This document shows, in pieces, positions 56,792 to 64,000 of a DNA stretch of 64,000 nucleotides. The notes below the pieces were generated by a model that saw only the letters and a program-made list of their open reading frames with translations, made no database searches and was not told the origin of the DNA. Made by a program: the position numbers and the translations under genes. How positions within the stretch are numbered: position 1 is the first letter of the stretch; each line of letters begins with the position of its first letter. Source of the DNA: Actinomycetota bacterium (GTDB taxonomy: Bacteria > Actinomycetota > CADDZG01 > JAHWKV01 > JAOPZY01); assembly GCA_035765775.1 (NCBI GenBank), contig DASTWV010000062.1, forward strand, positions 6,887 to 70,886. Reading direction: 5' to 3'.

Positions 56792-58108
56792 CTACAACCG
56801 GATGATGCGGGCCCCCGCTCCTTCGGGCAGCGACACGTGCGCCAGGGCGTTGCGGGTGTCCAGGATCAGCGGCGCGTGCCGTGCGACATGGTCCCAGTCG
56901 TACGCCGAATGGTTGGTCACCACCAGCACCAGATCGGCGTAGGCCAGGCGCCCCTCGTCCAGCACTACGGTCTCCATGCGGGTGTCGCCGACCGTGATCG
57001 AGGCGATGTGGGGGTCGTGGAAGCTCACCGCGGAGCCGGCCTTGCGCAGCCGGGCGATGATGTCCAGGGCCGGGGATTCCCGCATGTCGGAGACGTCGGG
57101 CTTGTAGGCCACGCCCAGAACCAGCACCTTCGACCCGCGCAGGGCCTTGCCGTCGGTGTTCAGGGCGTCGCCCACCCGCTCCACCACGTAGGCCGGCATC
57201 CGGTGGTTGATGTCCCGGGACAGCTCCACGAAGTGGGCGGTCTTGCCCAGCTGGCGCACCCGCCAGGACAGGTAGGCCGGGTCCACCGGGATGCAGTGCC
57301 CACCCCAGCCCGGTCCCGGGTAGAAGGCCTGGAACCCGAAGGGCTTGGAGGCGGCGGCGTCGATGACCTCCCAGACGTCGATGCCGAGATCGTGGCTCAG
57401 CATGGCGATCTCGTTCACCAGTGCGATGTTCACATGGCGGTAGGTGTTCTCCAGCAACTTCGCCATCTCCGCGGTCTTGGGGGACGAGACCTTGACGATG
57501 CTGTGCACGAACCCGGAGTAGAACGCCGCCATCAGCTCGGTCGATGCCGCGTCGATGCCCCCGACGATCTTCGGCACGTTGGCCAGCTGGTAGGTCGGGT
57601 TGCCCGGGTCGATGCGCTCGGGGGAGAAGCCCAGGGCGAAGTCCTCGCCCGCCTGCAGGCCGCCTTTCTCGAGGATCGCCCGCAGGAACTCCTCGGTGGT
57701 TCCCGGGTAGGTGGTGGACTCCAGGATGACCAGGGTCCCGGGGCGCAGGCCGGCCCCCACCACGGTGGCGGCCTCCTCGATGTAGGACATGTCGGGTAGC
57801 TCGTTGCGCAGCGGCGTGGGGACGCAGATCACGCTGACATCGGCCTCGCCCAGGGCGGCGGGGTCGGTGGTGGCCCGGAACTTCCCGGCCTGGACCTGGG
57901 CGGCCACCTCCTCGCCGGTCACGTCCAGCACGTAGGACTCGCCCCGCGAGAGTTGCTGGACGCGGGCGGCCTCGGTGTCGAACCCGATCACGGTGAACCC
58001 CGCCACCGCGGCCCCGATGGCCACCGGGAGCCCCACGTAGCCGAGGCCCACCACGGCCACGGTGGCGCTGCGGTCGGTGAGGCGGCGCAGCAGGGCGTCG
58101 GTGTCCAT
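56792..58108 (-). CDS. nucleotide-sugar dehydrogenase (UDP-N-acetyl-hexosamine/UDP-glucose 6-dehydrogenase family)
   Basis: It has the Rossmann motif VAVVGLGYVGLPVA, then VICVPTP, ENTYRHVNIALVNE and the catalytic Cys in GPGWGGHCIPVDP. Confidence 0.9.
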   Translation of the reverse strand: MDTDALLRRLTDRSATVAVVGLGYVGLPVAIGAAVAGFTVIGFDTEAARVQQLSRGESYVLDVTGEEVAAQVQAGKFRATTDPAALGEADVSVICVPTPLRNELPDMSYIEEAATVVGAGLRPGTLVILESTTYPGTTEEFLRAILEKGGLQAGEDFALGFSPERIDPGNPTYQLANVPKIVGGIDAASTELMAAFYSGFVHSIVKVSSPKTAEMAKLLENTYRHVNIALVNEIAMLSHDLGIDVWEVIDAAASKPFGFQAFYPGPGWGGHCIPVDPAYLSWRVRQLGKTAHFVELSRDINHRMPAYVVERVGDALNTDGKALRGSKVLVLGVAYKPDVSDMRESPALDIIARLRKAGSAVSFHDPHIASITVGDTRMETVVLDEGRLAYADLVLVVTNHSAYDWDHVARHAPLILDTRNALAHVSLPEGAGARIIRL

Positions 58109-58127
58109 GGCTTGTGCGACCAGACTA

Positions 58128-58164
58128 CCGGTTACCGCCCCGGTTACCGCTCCGGGTTACCGCC
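58128..58164. repeat. three tandem copies of CCGG(G)TTACCGC(C/T), each with a CGGT-N-ACCG palindromic core
   Basis: The copies lie at 58128-58139, 58140-58151 and 58152-58164. They span the M48 stop codon (58157-58159) and end 20 nt upstream of the dehydrogenase ATG (58108). Confidence 0.8.
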
Positions 58165-59041
58165 CGGTGCCCTCCTGGAGCCGGTCGATGCGCTGCTCGG
58201 CGTAGGGATGGCTGCGCCCCTGCCACCAGGGGGCGGCGACGTCCACCATCTGCCAGTCGGCCAGGGCCTCGATGAGGGCGGGGGCCTGGCCCACCGAGGC
58301 GGCGAAGCGGTCGGCGGCGTACTCCCGGCTGCGCCGGTACGGGATCCAGGCGGGGCGCAGCAGGGCGGGCAGGAGGCCTCCGGACACCGCCAGCAGGCAC
58401 ACCCCTGCGATGCGGGCGGGCAGCCGGACCAGGGCGCCCAGCGGGCCGCGGCCGGCGCCCCCGCCCGGCTGGCGGACCGGCCCGGGCAGTGCCCGCCCGA
58501 TATTGGCCCGGGGCACCCCGGCCCCGGTGCCCAGGAGGGCGAGTCCCAGGCGGGCGATGGAGCGGATCGGCAGCCACCAGGCGGCCAGGGCGATGCGGCC
58601 GTCGCCGGCCCGCAGATGCCCGGCCTCGTGGGCGACCACGGCGTCCAGGTGGGGGCTGGCGAACAGGCCCCGGGTGACGAACAGCGTGGCGCCCAGGACC
58701 CAGGCGTTCTCGTCCGGGCTGTCCACCACCAGGACCGGGCCGGTCGGTAGCCATGCCCGGGAGCGCTCCAGCTCGGCGCGCTCGCGCTCGGAGGGCTGCC
58801 GGGCGCCCAGGGCCGCCCGGTACAGCGGCCCGGCGGGGATGGGCAGCGCCACCGCCGCCAGCGAGCGCACCAGCGGTCCGGCCGCGGCCAGCGCGGCCAG
58901 GGCATCGGTCCACACCCCCAGCGGGGCGAAAAGGCCCAGGACCACGGAGGCCAGCACCAGGCGGAGGAGGGCCGAGGGGATGTCGAGGAGCAGCGAGACA
59001 AGGAGGAGGGCCCACCCGCCTCCCGACGCCCGGCGGATCAC
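58157..59041 (-). CDS. M48 family (HtpX/Ste24-like) membrane zinc metallopeptidase
   Basis: The GTG at 59041 overlaps the upstream stop (GTGA). It has N-terminal TM helices, the HExxH motif AVVAHEAGHL, then SREYAADRFAA...SHPYAEQRIDRL. The rest of the 960-aa track ORF upstream is an out-of-context read-through. Confidence 0.85.
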   Translation of the reverse strand: MIRRASGGGWALLLVSLLLDIPSALLRLVLASVVLGLFAPLGVWTDALAALAAAGPLVRSLAAVALPIPAGPLYRAALGARQPSERERAELERSRAWLPTGPVLVVDSPDENAWVLGATLFVTRGLFASPHLDAVVAHEAGHLRAGDGRIALAAWWLPIRSIARLGLALLGTGAGVPRANIGRALPGPVRQPGGGAGRGPLGALVRLPARIAGVCLLAVSGGLLPALLRPAWIPYRRSREYAADRFAASVGQAPALIEALADWQMVDVAAPWWQGRSHPYAEQRIDRLQEGTGR

Positions 59042-60423
59042 AGGCCGGGCACGGTGGGAGGCGGCGAGGGGATGAAGGTGGCCGGCGCCCGGGGGGCGGC
59101 CCCCGGCGGCGGGGGTGGCGGAGAACCCCCCTCGGCCGGCGCTGCCGGGGCGCCCGGTGGCGGGGGTCCCGGTGGCGGGGGTCCTTGTGCACTGTCCCCC
59201 ACGTCCACCATCGCCACCTGCACCCGGGCCGCCCGCCCGCCGGCGATCACCACCGCTTCGCCCACCGGGAGCTGGCGCACGTCGTTGGGCCGCACCCGCC
59301 AGTCGTCCTTGCGCCGCACGGCCCCCTGGCGCCCGACCTCCGGGCCGGTGCCGGCGTCCAGGTAGCGGGTGTGGTCCACCCGGGACACCGTGCCCGCCCG
59401 GGCGATCAGCGGTTCGGGCTCGGCGCACCGATGCAGGATCAGGGTCTCGGCGGCATCGAGGATGCGGTCCCCCGCCACCCCCAGCCCGGCGTAGCCCTGC
59501 GAGGACACCATCACCGCCGCCCCGAAGGAGCGCAGCCGCTCGAACAGGTGGGCGGCGTCGGTGGTGGACTCCAGGGCGGAGAACTCGTCCACCACCAGCA
59601 GCACGGGGGTGCCCGGCGGCTTGCGCACGCCGGCGTAGTGGGCGAAGTCCTCGAGGAAGAAGCGGCCCAGCCGGGCGGCCTCGGCTTTCAGGGCGAGGCC
59701 CTCCAGGAGCACGTAGCACGCCCGGGTGTCCTCGAAGGCCCAGCCGCCGTCCAGGCCACCCCCCAGCGAGGCGAAGAAAGCCCGGTACCGGTTGGCGACA
59801 CCGGCCACGTCCCGTTCGGCCAGCTCCTCGATCTCGGCGGCCTGTGGGCGGCGCCGGTAGGCCGCGCGGAGCATCGGCTTGCTCAGGCGGCCCAGCAGAT
59901 CCCCGGACGAGCCGGGCACGCCCCCGGGGGAGGTGATGGCCAGGTGGAGGACGCGCAGCGCCATCTCCCGGTAGTAGGGCTCGCTGAAGTCGGAGACCTC
60001 CATGAGGCGGTTGAGCAGCGCCCGGTCCCCACCCCGCCAGCCGTCGTAGGGCTGGGCCGGGAAGGTGCGCAGCGCGGGGGGCGGCACGCCCGCCGCCGCC
60101 ATCGCCCGGGCGAAGCGCGCCTGGGTGGCGGCGTCCCCCTTGGCGTCCAGGAAGACCACCTGCCAGCCGTACACCCGGGCTGCCAGGTAGGCCACCCGCA
60201 GCAGCGTCTCGGTCTTGCCCGAGCCCGCCGAACCCACCACGACGCCGTGGCGGGCCAGGTCCGCCGCCGGGTAGGCCAGCCACAGGCGGTCGGTGCGCCG
60301 CGCCCACTCGGTGAGGTCCCCCGAGGTCATCGCGCCCAGGATGGCGTCGCCCCCGACCACCTCCGGCGCCGTGGTCAACGCCGGGCCGGGCTCGGGCGGC
60401 CGGGCCGGCCGCTTGGGTGTCAC
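59038..60423 (-). CDS. soluble TraD/VirD4-like (type IV coupling protein family) P-loop ATPase with Pro-rich C-terminal tail
   Basis: The GTG at 60423 overlaps the upstream stop (GTGA). It has the Walker A HGVVVGSAGSGKTE, the Walker B PVLLVVDEFSAL and a TraG/TraD C-terminal-like RPNDVRQLPVGEAVVIAGG. No N-terminal TM helices are present. Confidence 0.7.
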   Translation of the reverse strand: MTPKRPARPPEPGPALTTAPEVVGGDAILGAMTSGDLTEWARRTDRLWLAYPAADLARHGVVVGSAGSGKTETLLRVAYLAARVYGWQVVFLDAKGDAATQARFARAMAAAGVPPPALRTFPAQPYDGWRGGDRALLNRLMEVSDFSEPYYREMALRVLHLAITSPGGVPGSSGDLLGRLSKPMLRAAYRRRPQAAEIEELAERDVAGVANRYRAFFASLGGGLDGGWAFEDTRACYVLLEGLALKAEAARLGRFFLEDFAHYAGVRKPPGTPVLLVVDEFSALESTTDAAHLFERLRSFGAAVMVSSQGYAGLGVAGDRILDAAETLILHRCAEPEPLIARAGTVSRVDHTRYLDAGTGPEVGRQGAVRRKDDWRVRPNDVRQLPVGEAVVIAGGRAARVQVAMVDVGDSAQGPPPPGPPPPGAPAAPAEGGSPPPPPPGAAPRAPATFIPSPPPTVPGL

Positions 60424-61070
60424 AGGTCCTCCAGGGCGTAGATCCGCACGAGGTCGCCCAGCTGCGGGGGCACGGTGCAGGCGGCATCGTGGACTGCGGC
60501 CCAGCAATCGGCTGAGGCGAAGTACCAGATCGCCTCGTAGTGGGCCACCAGCGCCTGCATGGCCCGGCGCCGGGCGGTGATGGACTTGGGCGACAGCTCC
60601 ACCTCGATGGCGATGACGTTGCCCCCGGCGTCCAGCAGCTCGCCGTCCGGGATGGGCGAGGCGTCGGCCAGCCGGCGGTCCGGGCGGGTGGCGCGCAGCT
60701 CCCGCTCCGGGCGCCAGCGGGCTCCCGGCCGGCGGGGCTCGATGAATAGCCGCACCCGGTTGACCGCACCCATGTGGCGCACGGTCCACGCCTTCGGTTC
60801 CCAGGGGCCGAAGGGCAACTCGGCGGCCCGAAGCCCCTTGGTGGTGAGCCACACCCACTCCGGCTCGCCCACCAGCAGGCGGGCCCGCCCGGCCAGCGAG
60901 AGGCCCACCCAGCGCCCGACCACCGCCCGGGTGGCGGAGAGTGACAGGGGTTCCCGCCCGCCGATGCGGCCCAGCACCTCGGCGAACTGGTCCAGCCGGC
61001 AGGTGTACTGCTCGCCCACCCAGCGCAATGCCTGCGCATCCCGGGGGGTCAGCCGGAGGGGCGGGTCCAT
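60420..61070 (-). CDS. Replic_Relax-like protein: N-terminal winged-helix plus C-terminal PD-(D/E)xK-like domain
   Basis: It has LTPRDAQALRWVGEQYTCRLDQFAEVL (wHTH-like) and HMGAVNRVRLF...IPDGELLD...VIAIEVELSPKS (D...E-x-E/K nuclease-type motif). This resembles the replication-relaxation family (PF13814) as I recall it. Confidence 0.55.
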   Translation of the reverse strand: MDPPLRLTPRDAQALRWVGEQYTCRLDQFAEVLGRIGGREPLSLSATRAVVGRWVGLSLAGRARLLVGEPEWVWLTTKGLRAAELPFGPWEPKAWTVRHMGAVNRVRLFIEPRRPGARWRPERELRATRPDRRLADASPIPDGELLDAGGNVIAIEVELSPKSITARRRAMQALVAHYEAIWYFASADCWAAVHDAACTVPPQLGDLVRIYALEDL

Positions 61071-61077
61071 GGCAGAA

Positions 61078-61851
61078 CTACTGGCGGGGCTCCCACGTGA
61101 AGAAGCGGGCGGCGACGAGCAGCGCGCCCACGCCCCACGCCGCCACGATGAGCAGGTCCGTGCCCTGGAATCCCGAGCCGGTCTGGAAGGGGTTGAAGGC
61201 GTGCTGCATGGCCCAGCTGAAGTGGTAGATCGGGAAGATCTTGGCCACGGTCGTCAGCCACTTGGGGGCGTTCTGCAGCGGGATGAAGATGTCGGAGATG
61301 AACAGCAGCGGGAAGATCACGGCGTTGACCACCGCCGGAGCGGCGTCGGCATTGGGGACGGCGGCGGTGATGGCCAGGCCCATGGCGCAGAACGACAGGG
61401 CGCCGACGAGCAGGCTGACCAGGAACGCCGGCCAGGTGTGGTGCGGCAGGCTGACGCCGTAGAAGAGCCTGCCGAACACGATGATGATGGCCACCAGCAG
61501 CAGCGACATCAGCCCGGAGTGCAGGATCTTGGCGCTCAGGAAGGCCAGCGGGGGCATCGGCGTGCCCCGCTTGCGTTTCAGCACGCCCTGCTCCCGGGCG
61601 AAGGTCACGTTCATGGCCAGGTTGGTGAACGTGGCCGTGATCACCGAGAAGGCGGCAATCGCGGGCACGTAGAACGTCGATGTGTTCACCCGGTGGCCGA
61701 AATAGCTGATCTTGCCGTGTCCGAACAGCAGGTTGAACAGCACCAGGAACAGCAGCGGGAAGGCGAACGTGAAGAAGGCGGCAGGCGGGTTGCGCCAGAA
61801 GGACTTGTTCTCGTAGCGCACCTGGCGCAGCAGCATGGCGGTGTCGTTCAT
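61078..61851 (-). CDS. ABC-2 type transporter permease
   Basis: The ATG at 61851 (MNDTAMLLRQVRYENKSFWRNP...) overlaps the ATPase stop (ATGA). It has six hydrophobic helices, which is the typical ABC-2/DrrB-like layout. Confidence 0.8.
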   Translation of the reverse strand: MNDTAMLLRQVRYENKSFWRNPPAAFFTFAFPLLFLVLFNLLFGHGKISYFGHRVNTSTFYVPAIAAFSVITATFTNLAMNVTFAREQGVLKRKRGTPMPPLAFLSAKILHSGLMSLLLVAIIIVFGRLFYGVSLPHHTWPAFLVSLLVGALSFCAMGLAITAAVPNADAAPAVVNAVIFPLLFISDIFIPLQNAPKWLTTVAKIFPIYHFSWAMQHAFNPFQTGSGFQGTDLLIVAAWGVGALLVAARFFTWEPRQ

Positions 61852-62801
61852 TCCTTGGTCACCGCCCCGTCGGTGAGCTGCAGGTAGACCTCCTCCAGGG
61901 ATGGCTTCGCCACCGCCAGTTCGGATAGCTCCACGCCGCTGCCGATCGCCCAACCGGTCAGCTCATGCACCGCCCGCATGGCATCGAGGGTCTCGATCTG
62001 GTGTGACCCGTCACTGGCGGGCACCGAGCCGAAGGCCGGAGGTGGCGCCGGCGCCCCAGGCGGCAGGGTGAAGGTGATCCGGGTCATCACCGGGCCGGAC
62101 CCCGCCAAGGTCCTCGGCGGCCCCTCGGCGACGATCCTGCCCGCCACGAGGATCGCCGCCCGGTCGGCCAGCTCCTGAGCCTCGTCCATGTAGTGCGTGG
62201 TCAGCATCACCGTCTTGCCCAGGGCGGCGAGGTTCTTCACCAGCCCCCAGGCGTTGCGCCGGGCCGAGGGGTCGAAGCCGGTGGTGGGCTCGTCCAGGAA
62301 GAGCACCTCCGGGTCGCCCGCCAGGCCCAGGGCGACGTCTAGGCGCCGGCGCTGCCCGCCGGAGAGCTTGTTGACCCGGGAGGCGCGCTTCTCCTGGAGC
62401 CCGACCAGCTCGAGGATCTCCTCGGTGGGTCGGGGCCTCGGGTAGTAGGAGCGGTAGAGCGTGACCGCCTCCTCGACCGTGAGGAAGGGCTCGATGCCGG
62501 TCTCCTGCAGCACGATGCCGATGCGCTCCTTCAGCGCCCGCTGGCGGCGGGCGGGGTCGTAGCCCAGGACCCGGATCTCACCGGCGTCGGCGGTGCGGTA
62601 GCCCTCCAGGATCTCCACGGTGGTGGTCTTGCCGGCACCGTTGGGGCCCAGCATGGCGAAGACCTCGCCCCGGGCCACCTCGAGATCGATGCCGCGCACG
62701 GCCTCGACCGATCCGTAGGACTTCTTCAGGCCTTTGACGCTGATGGCCGGCGACCCGTTTGCCGCCGGGTGGCCTCGTGCGTGGCCGTTTGGATGGCCCA
62801 T
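61848..62801 (-). CDS. ABC transporter ATP-binding protein (DrrA-like)
   Basis: The ATG at 62801 is in frame in track ORF 61848-63005. It has the Walker A GPNGAGKTT, the signature LSGGQRRRL and the Walker B VLFLDEPTTGFD. Confidence 0.9.
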   Translation of the reverse strand: MGHPNGHARGHPAANGSPAISVKGLKKSYGSVEAVRGIDLEVARGEVFAMLGPNGAGKTTTVEILEGYRTADAGEIRVLGYDPARRQRALKERIGIVLQETGIEPFLTVEEAVTLYRSYYPRPRPTEEILELVGLQEKRASRVNKLSGGQRRRLDVALGLAGDPEVLFLDEPTTGFDPSARRNAWGLVKNLAALGKTVMLTTHYMDEAQELADRAAILVAGRIVAEGPPRTLAGSGPVMTRITFTLPPGAPAPPPAFGSVPASDGSHQIETLDAMRAVHELTGWAIGSGVELSELAVAKPSLEEVYLQLTDGAVTKE

Positions 62802-63007
62802 TTGCCGGGAGCATACTCGACGGGTCCCGCCGCCCTGGTGTCGAGGGCCTGCTGTGGACCCCGCCTCGTGACCGCCCAGGATCGGTCGCTCGCCCTCCGG
62901 CCGTCGTCGGCGGGGGCGGCGGCCCGCACGCATTCCGGCGGCGGGCCGGTCCGGGCCGGGAGGATCGGCGGCGCGTACAACGCGGCCTGGGCCAGCTCCC
63001 GGCAAAG

Positions 63008-63056
63008 GTTCTGGGGACTATTTGCCGTCATTTTGGCGGAAAAAGGTCCCCAGAAC
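63008..63056. promoter_or_regulatory. 11-bp perfect inverted repeat flanking an AT-rich 27-nt spacer (candidate operator or promoter region)
   Basis: The sequence is GTTCTGGGGAC (63008-63018), then tatttgccgtcattttggcggaaaaag, then GTCCCCAGAAC (63046-63056). It lies ~210 nt upstream of the ABC ATPase start, and the spacer is the only AT-rich patch of this intergenic region. Confidence 0.35.
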
Positions 63057-63257
63057 TCCACGGCCCGTGGCGTAACGGGCACCCCGAACGCGGTCGAGCC
63101 CAGCGCCATGACGGCGCCGGGCTCGGCAAGCACCGGGCTGGCCGGCGGGACGGTTCCCAGGGCCTGTCCCGCCGGCCGCTCCGGGCCGGCCACCCGCCCC
63201 GACGGGGCTCCGGGCGGGTGGCACCTCTGTCGAACTGCGGGTCGAACTGCGGGTGGG

Positions 63258-63950
63258 TTACAGGTGCCCGCCGCTGAAGGCGTGCATGATCCCGATCACG
63301 GCCGGGCCGGCCACGATCAGCATCAGGGCCGGGAAGATCCCCAGCAACAGGGGGAACAGCAGGGTGACCGGGGTCTTGGCCCCCTGCTCCCGGGCCCGCT
63401 GCCGGCGCAGGGCACGCATCTCGGCGGCCTGGCTGCGCAGCACCAGGGTGAGCGGCGTCCCCAGGGCGTCCGCCTGGGTGATGATCAGGGCGAAGGTGGA
63501 CAGCTCGTCAACCTCCGTCCGCTCCCGCAGGTTGCCGAACGCCTCCCGGCGGGAGACGCCCAGGGCCAGCTCCTGCAGCAGCCGGTGGAACTCATCGCCC
63601 AGCGGGCCGGGCAGGCGCTGGATGACCAGCTCGATGGCGGCCTCGAGGCCCATGCCGGCGCCGACCGCGATGGCCAGCAGGTCCAGGGTTTCGGGCAGCG
63701 TCTTGCGGATCTTGGCCTGCCGGTCCTCCGCCTGGTGGGCAATGATGATGTCCGGGACCATGAAGCCGAAGATCCCGCCCAGCAGGCCCCACAGCAGGAG
63801 CTTGCCCAGGTGGACGCCCAGCAGCGCCATGACCGCTGGTACGCCGAGGGCCATCAGCACCCCGGCGGCGGCCTTCATCGCCAGGATGCCCTCGACGCCG
63901 ATCCCGCCCAGGCCGGCCAGGGCGATGTTGCGCCGCAGCCGGGTGACCAT
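63258..63950 (-). CDS. type II secretion system F family protein (TadB/TadC-like pilus platform protein)
   Basis: It has KIRKTLPETLDLLAIAVGAGMGLEAAIELV...REAFGNLRERT...LSTFALIITQADALGTPL...LRRQRAREQGAKTPVTLLFPLLLGIFPALML, which is a T2SSF domain pattern. Confidence 0.8.
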   Translation of the reverse strand: MVTRLRRNIALAGLGGIGVEGILAMKAAAGVLMALGVPAVMALLGVHLGKLLLWGLLGGIFGFMVPDIIIAHQAEDRQAKIRKTLPETLDLLAIAVGAGMGLEAAIELVIQRLPGPLGDEFHRLLQELALGVSRREAFGNLRERTEVDELSTFALIITQADALGTPLTLVLRSQAAEMRALRRQRAREQGAKTPVTLLFPLLLGIFPALMLIVAGPAVIGIMHAFSGGHL

Positions 63951-64000
63951 GGTGGTCGGGGTTACCGCCCGCGCACCCTTGGCGAACGACTCCCAGGCCG

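Noticed and set aside
62726-63193. The 155-aa minus-strand ORF downstream of the TadC-like gene as a possible Flp pilin or TadE-like pseudopilin.
   Set aside because: It has no hydrophobic N-terminal helix and no Flp G/xxxxEY-type processing motif. It runs through the inverted repeat and overlaps the start of the ABC ATPase gene. Its composition looks non-coding.
63229-63252. The tandem 12-bp duplication gtcgaactgcgg x2 creates TCGAACtgcgGGTCGA, one mismatch from the actinobacterial LexA box TCGAAC-N4-GTTCGA.
   Set aside because: It has one mismatch in a conserved half-site position. It lies just 6-29 nt downstream of the TadC-like stop and ~430 nt from the next start codon. No DNA-repair gene is adjacent. 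It is most simply a by-product of the duplication.

Overview
High-GC (roughly 70% by eye) Actinomycetota-type chromosome segment, mostly core genome with Mycobacterium-like gene order. In order: rpsE-rpmD-rplO-secY-adk-map; infA-rpmJ-rpsM-rpsK-rpsD-rpoA-rplQ-truA; rplM-rpsI-glmM; a glmS ribozyme plus glmS; nnr; alr; a family-4 UDG; tsaE-tsaB-rimI-tsaD; CIRCE-groES; guaB3-guaA; pcrA; sucC/sucD; purN-purH; folD; an IDH-like gene; mdh. Accessory material interrupts this backbone in five places. (1) A ~16-kb cell-surface glycan island (4.0-20.2 kb) lies between map and infA. It has three GT2 glycosyltransferases, a Wzx-like flippase, a very large polytopic membrane protein, a deacetylase and a CPBP protease. 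It also has an unusual trio: two tandem nucleotidyltransferase/P-loop-kinase fusion paralogues, one with both catalytic motifs degenerate, plus an APH-fold kinase. (2) A BNR/Asp-box propeller gene is inserted between sucC and sucD. (3) A low-GC islet (54.9-56.8 kb) carries hypothetical genes and a frameshifted SAF/CpaB-like gene. (4) A tightly coupled minus-strand operon (58.1-62.8 kb) encodes an ABC-2 exporter, a Replic_Relax-like wHTH/nuclease protein, a soluble TraD/VirD4-like ATPase and an M48 peptidase. (5) A TadC-like gene sits at the right edge. No rRNA, tRNA, CRISPR array, transposase or integrase was recognised. Many long ORFs in the six-frame track are antisense or off-frame artefacts of high GC and were not called. 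All family assignments come from motif recognition by eye, and no searches were run.
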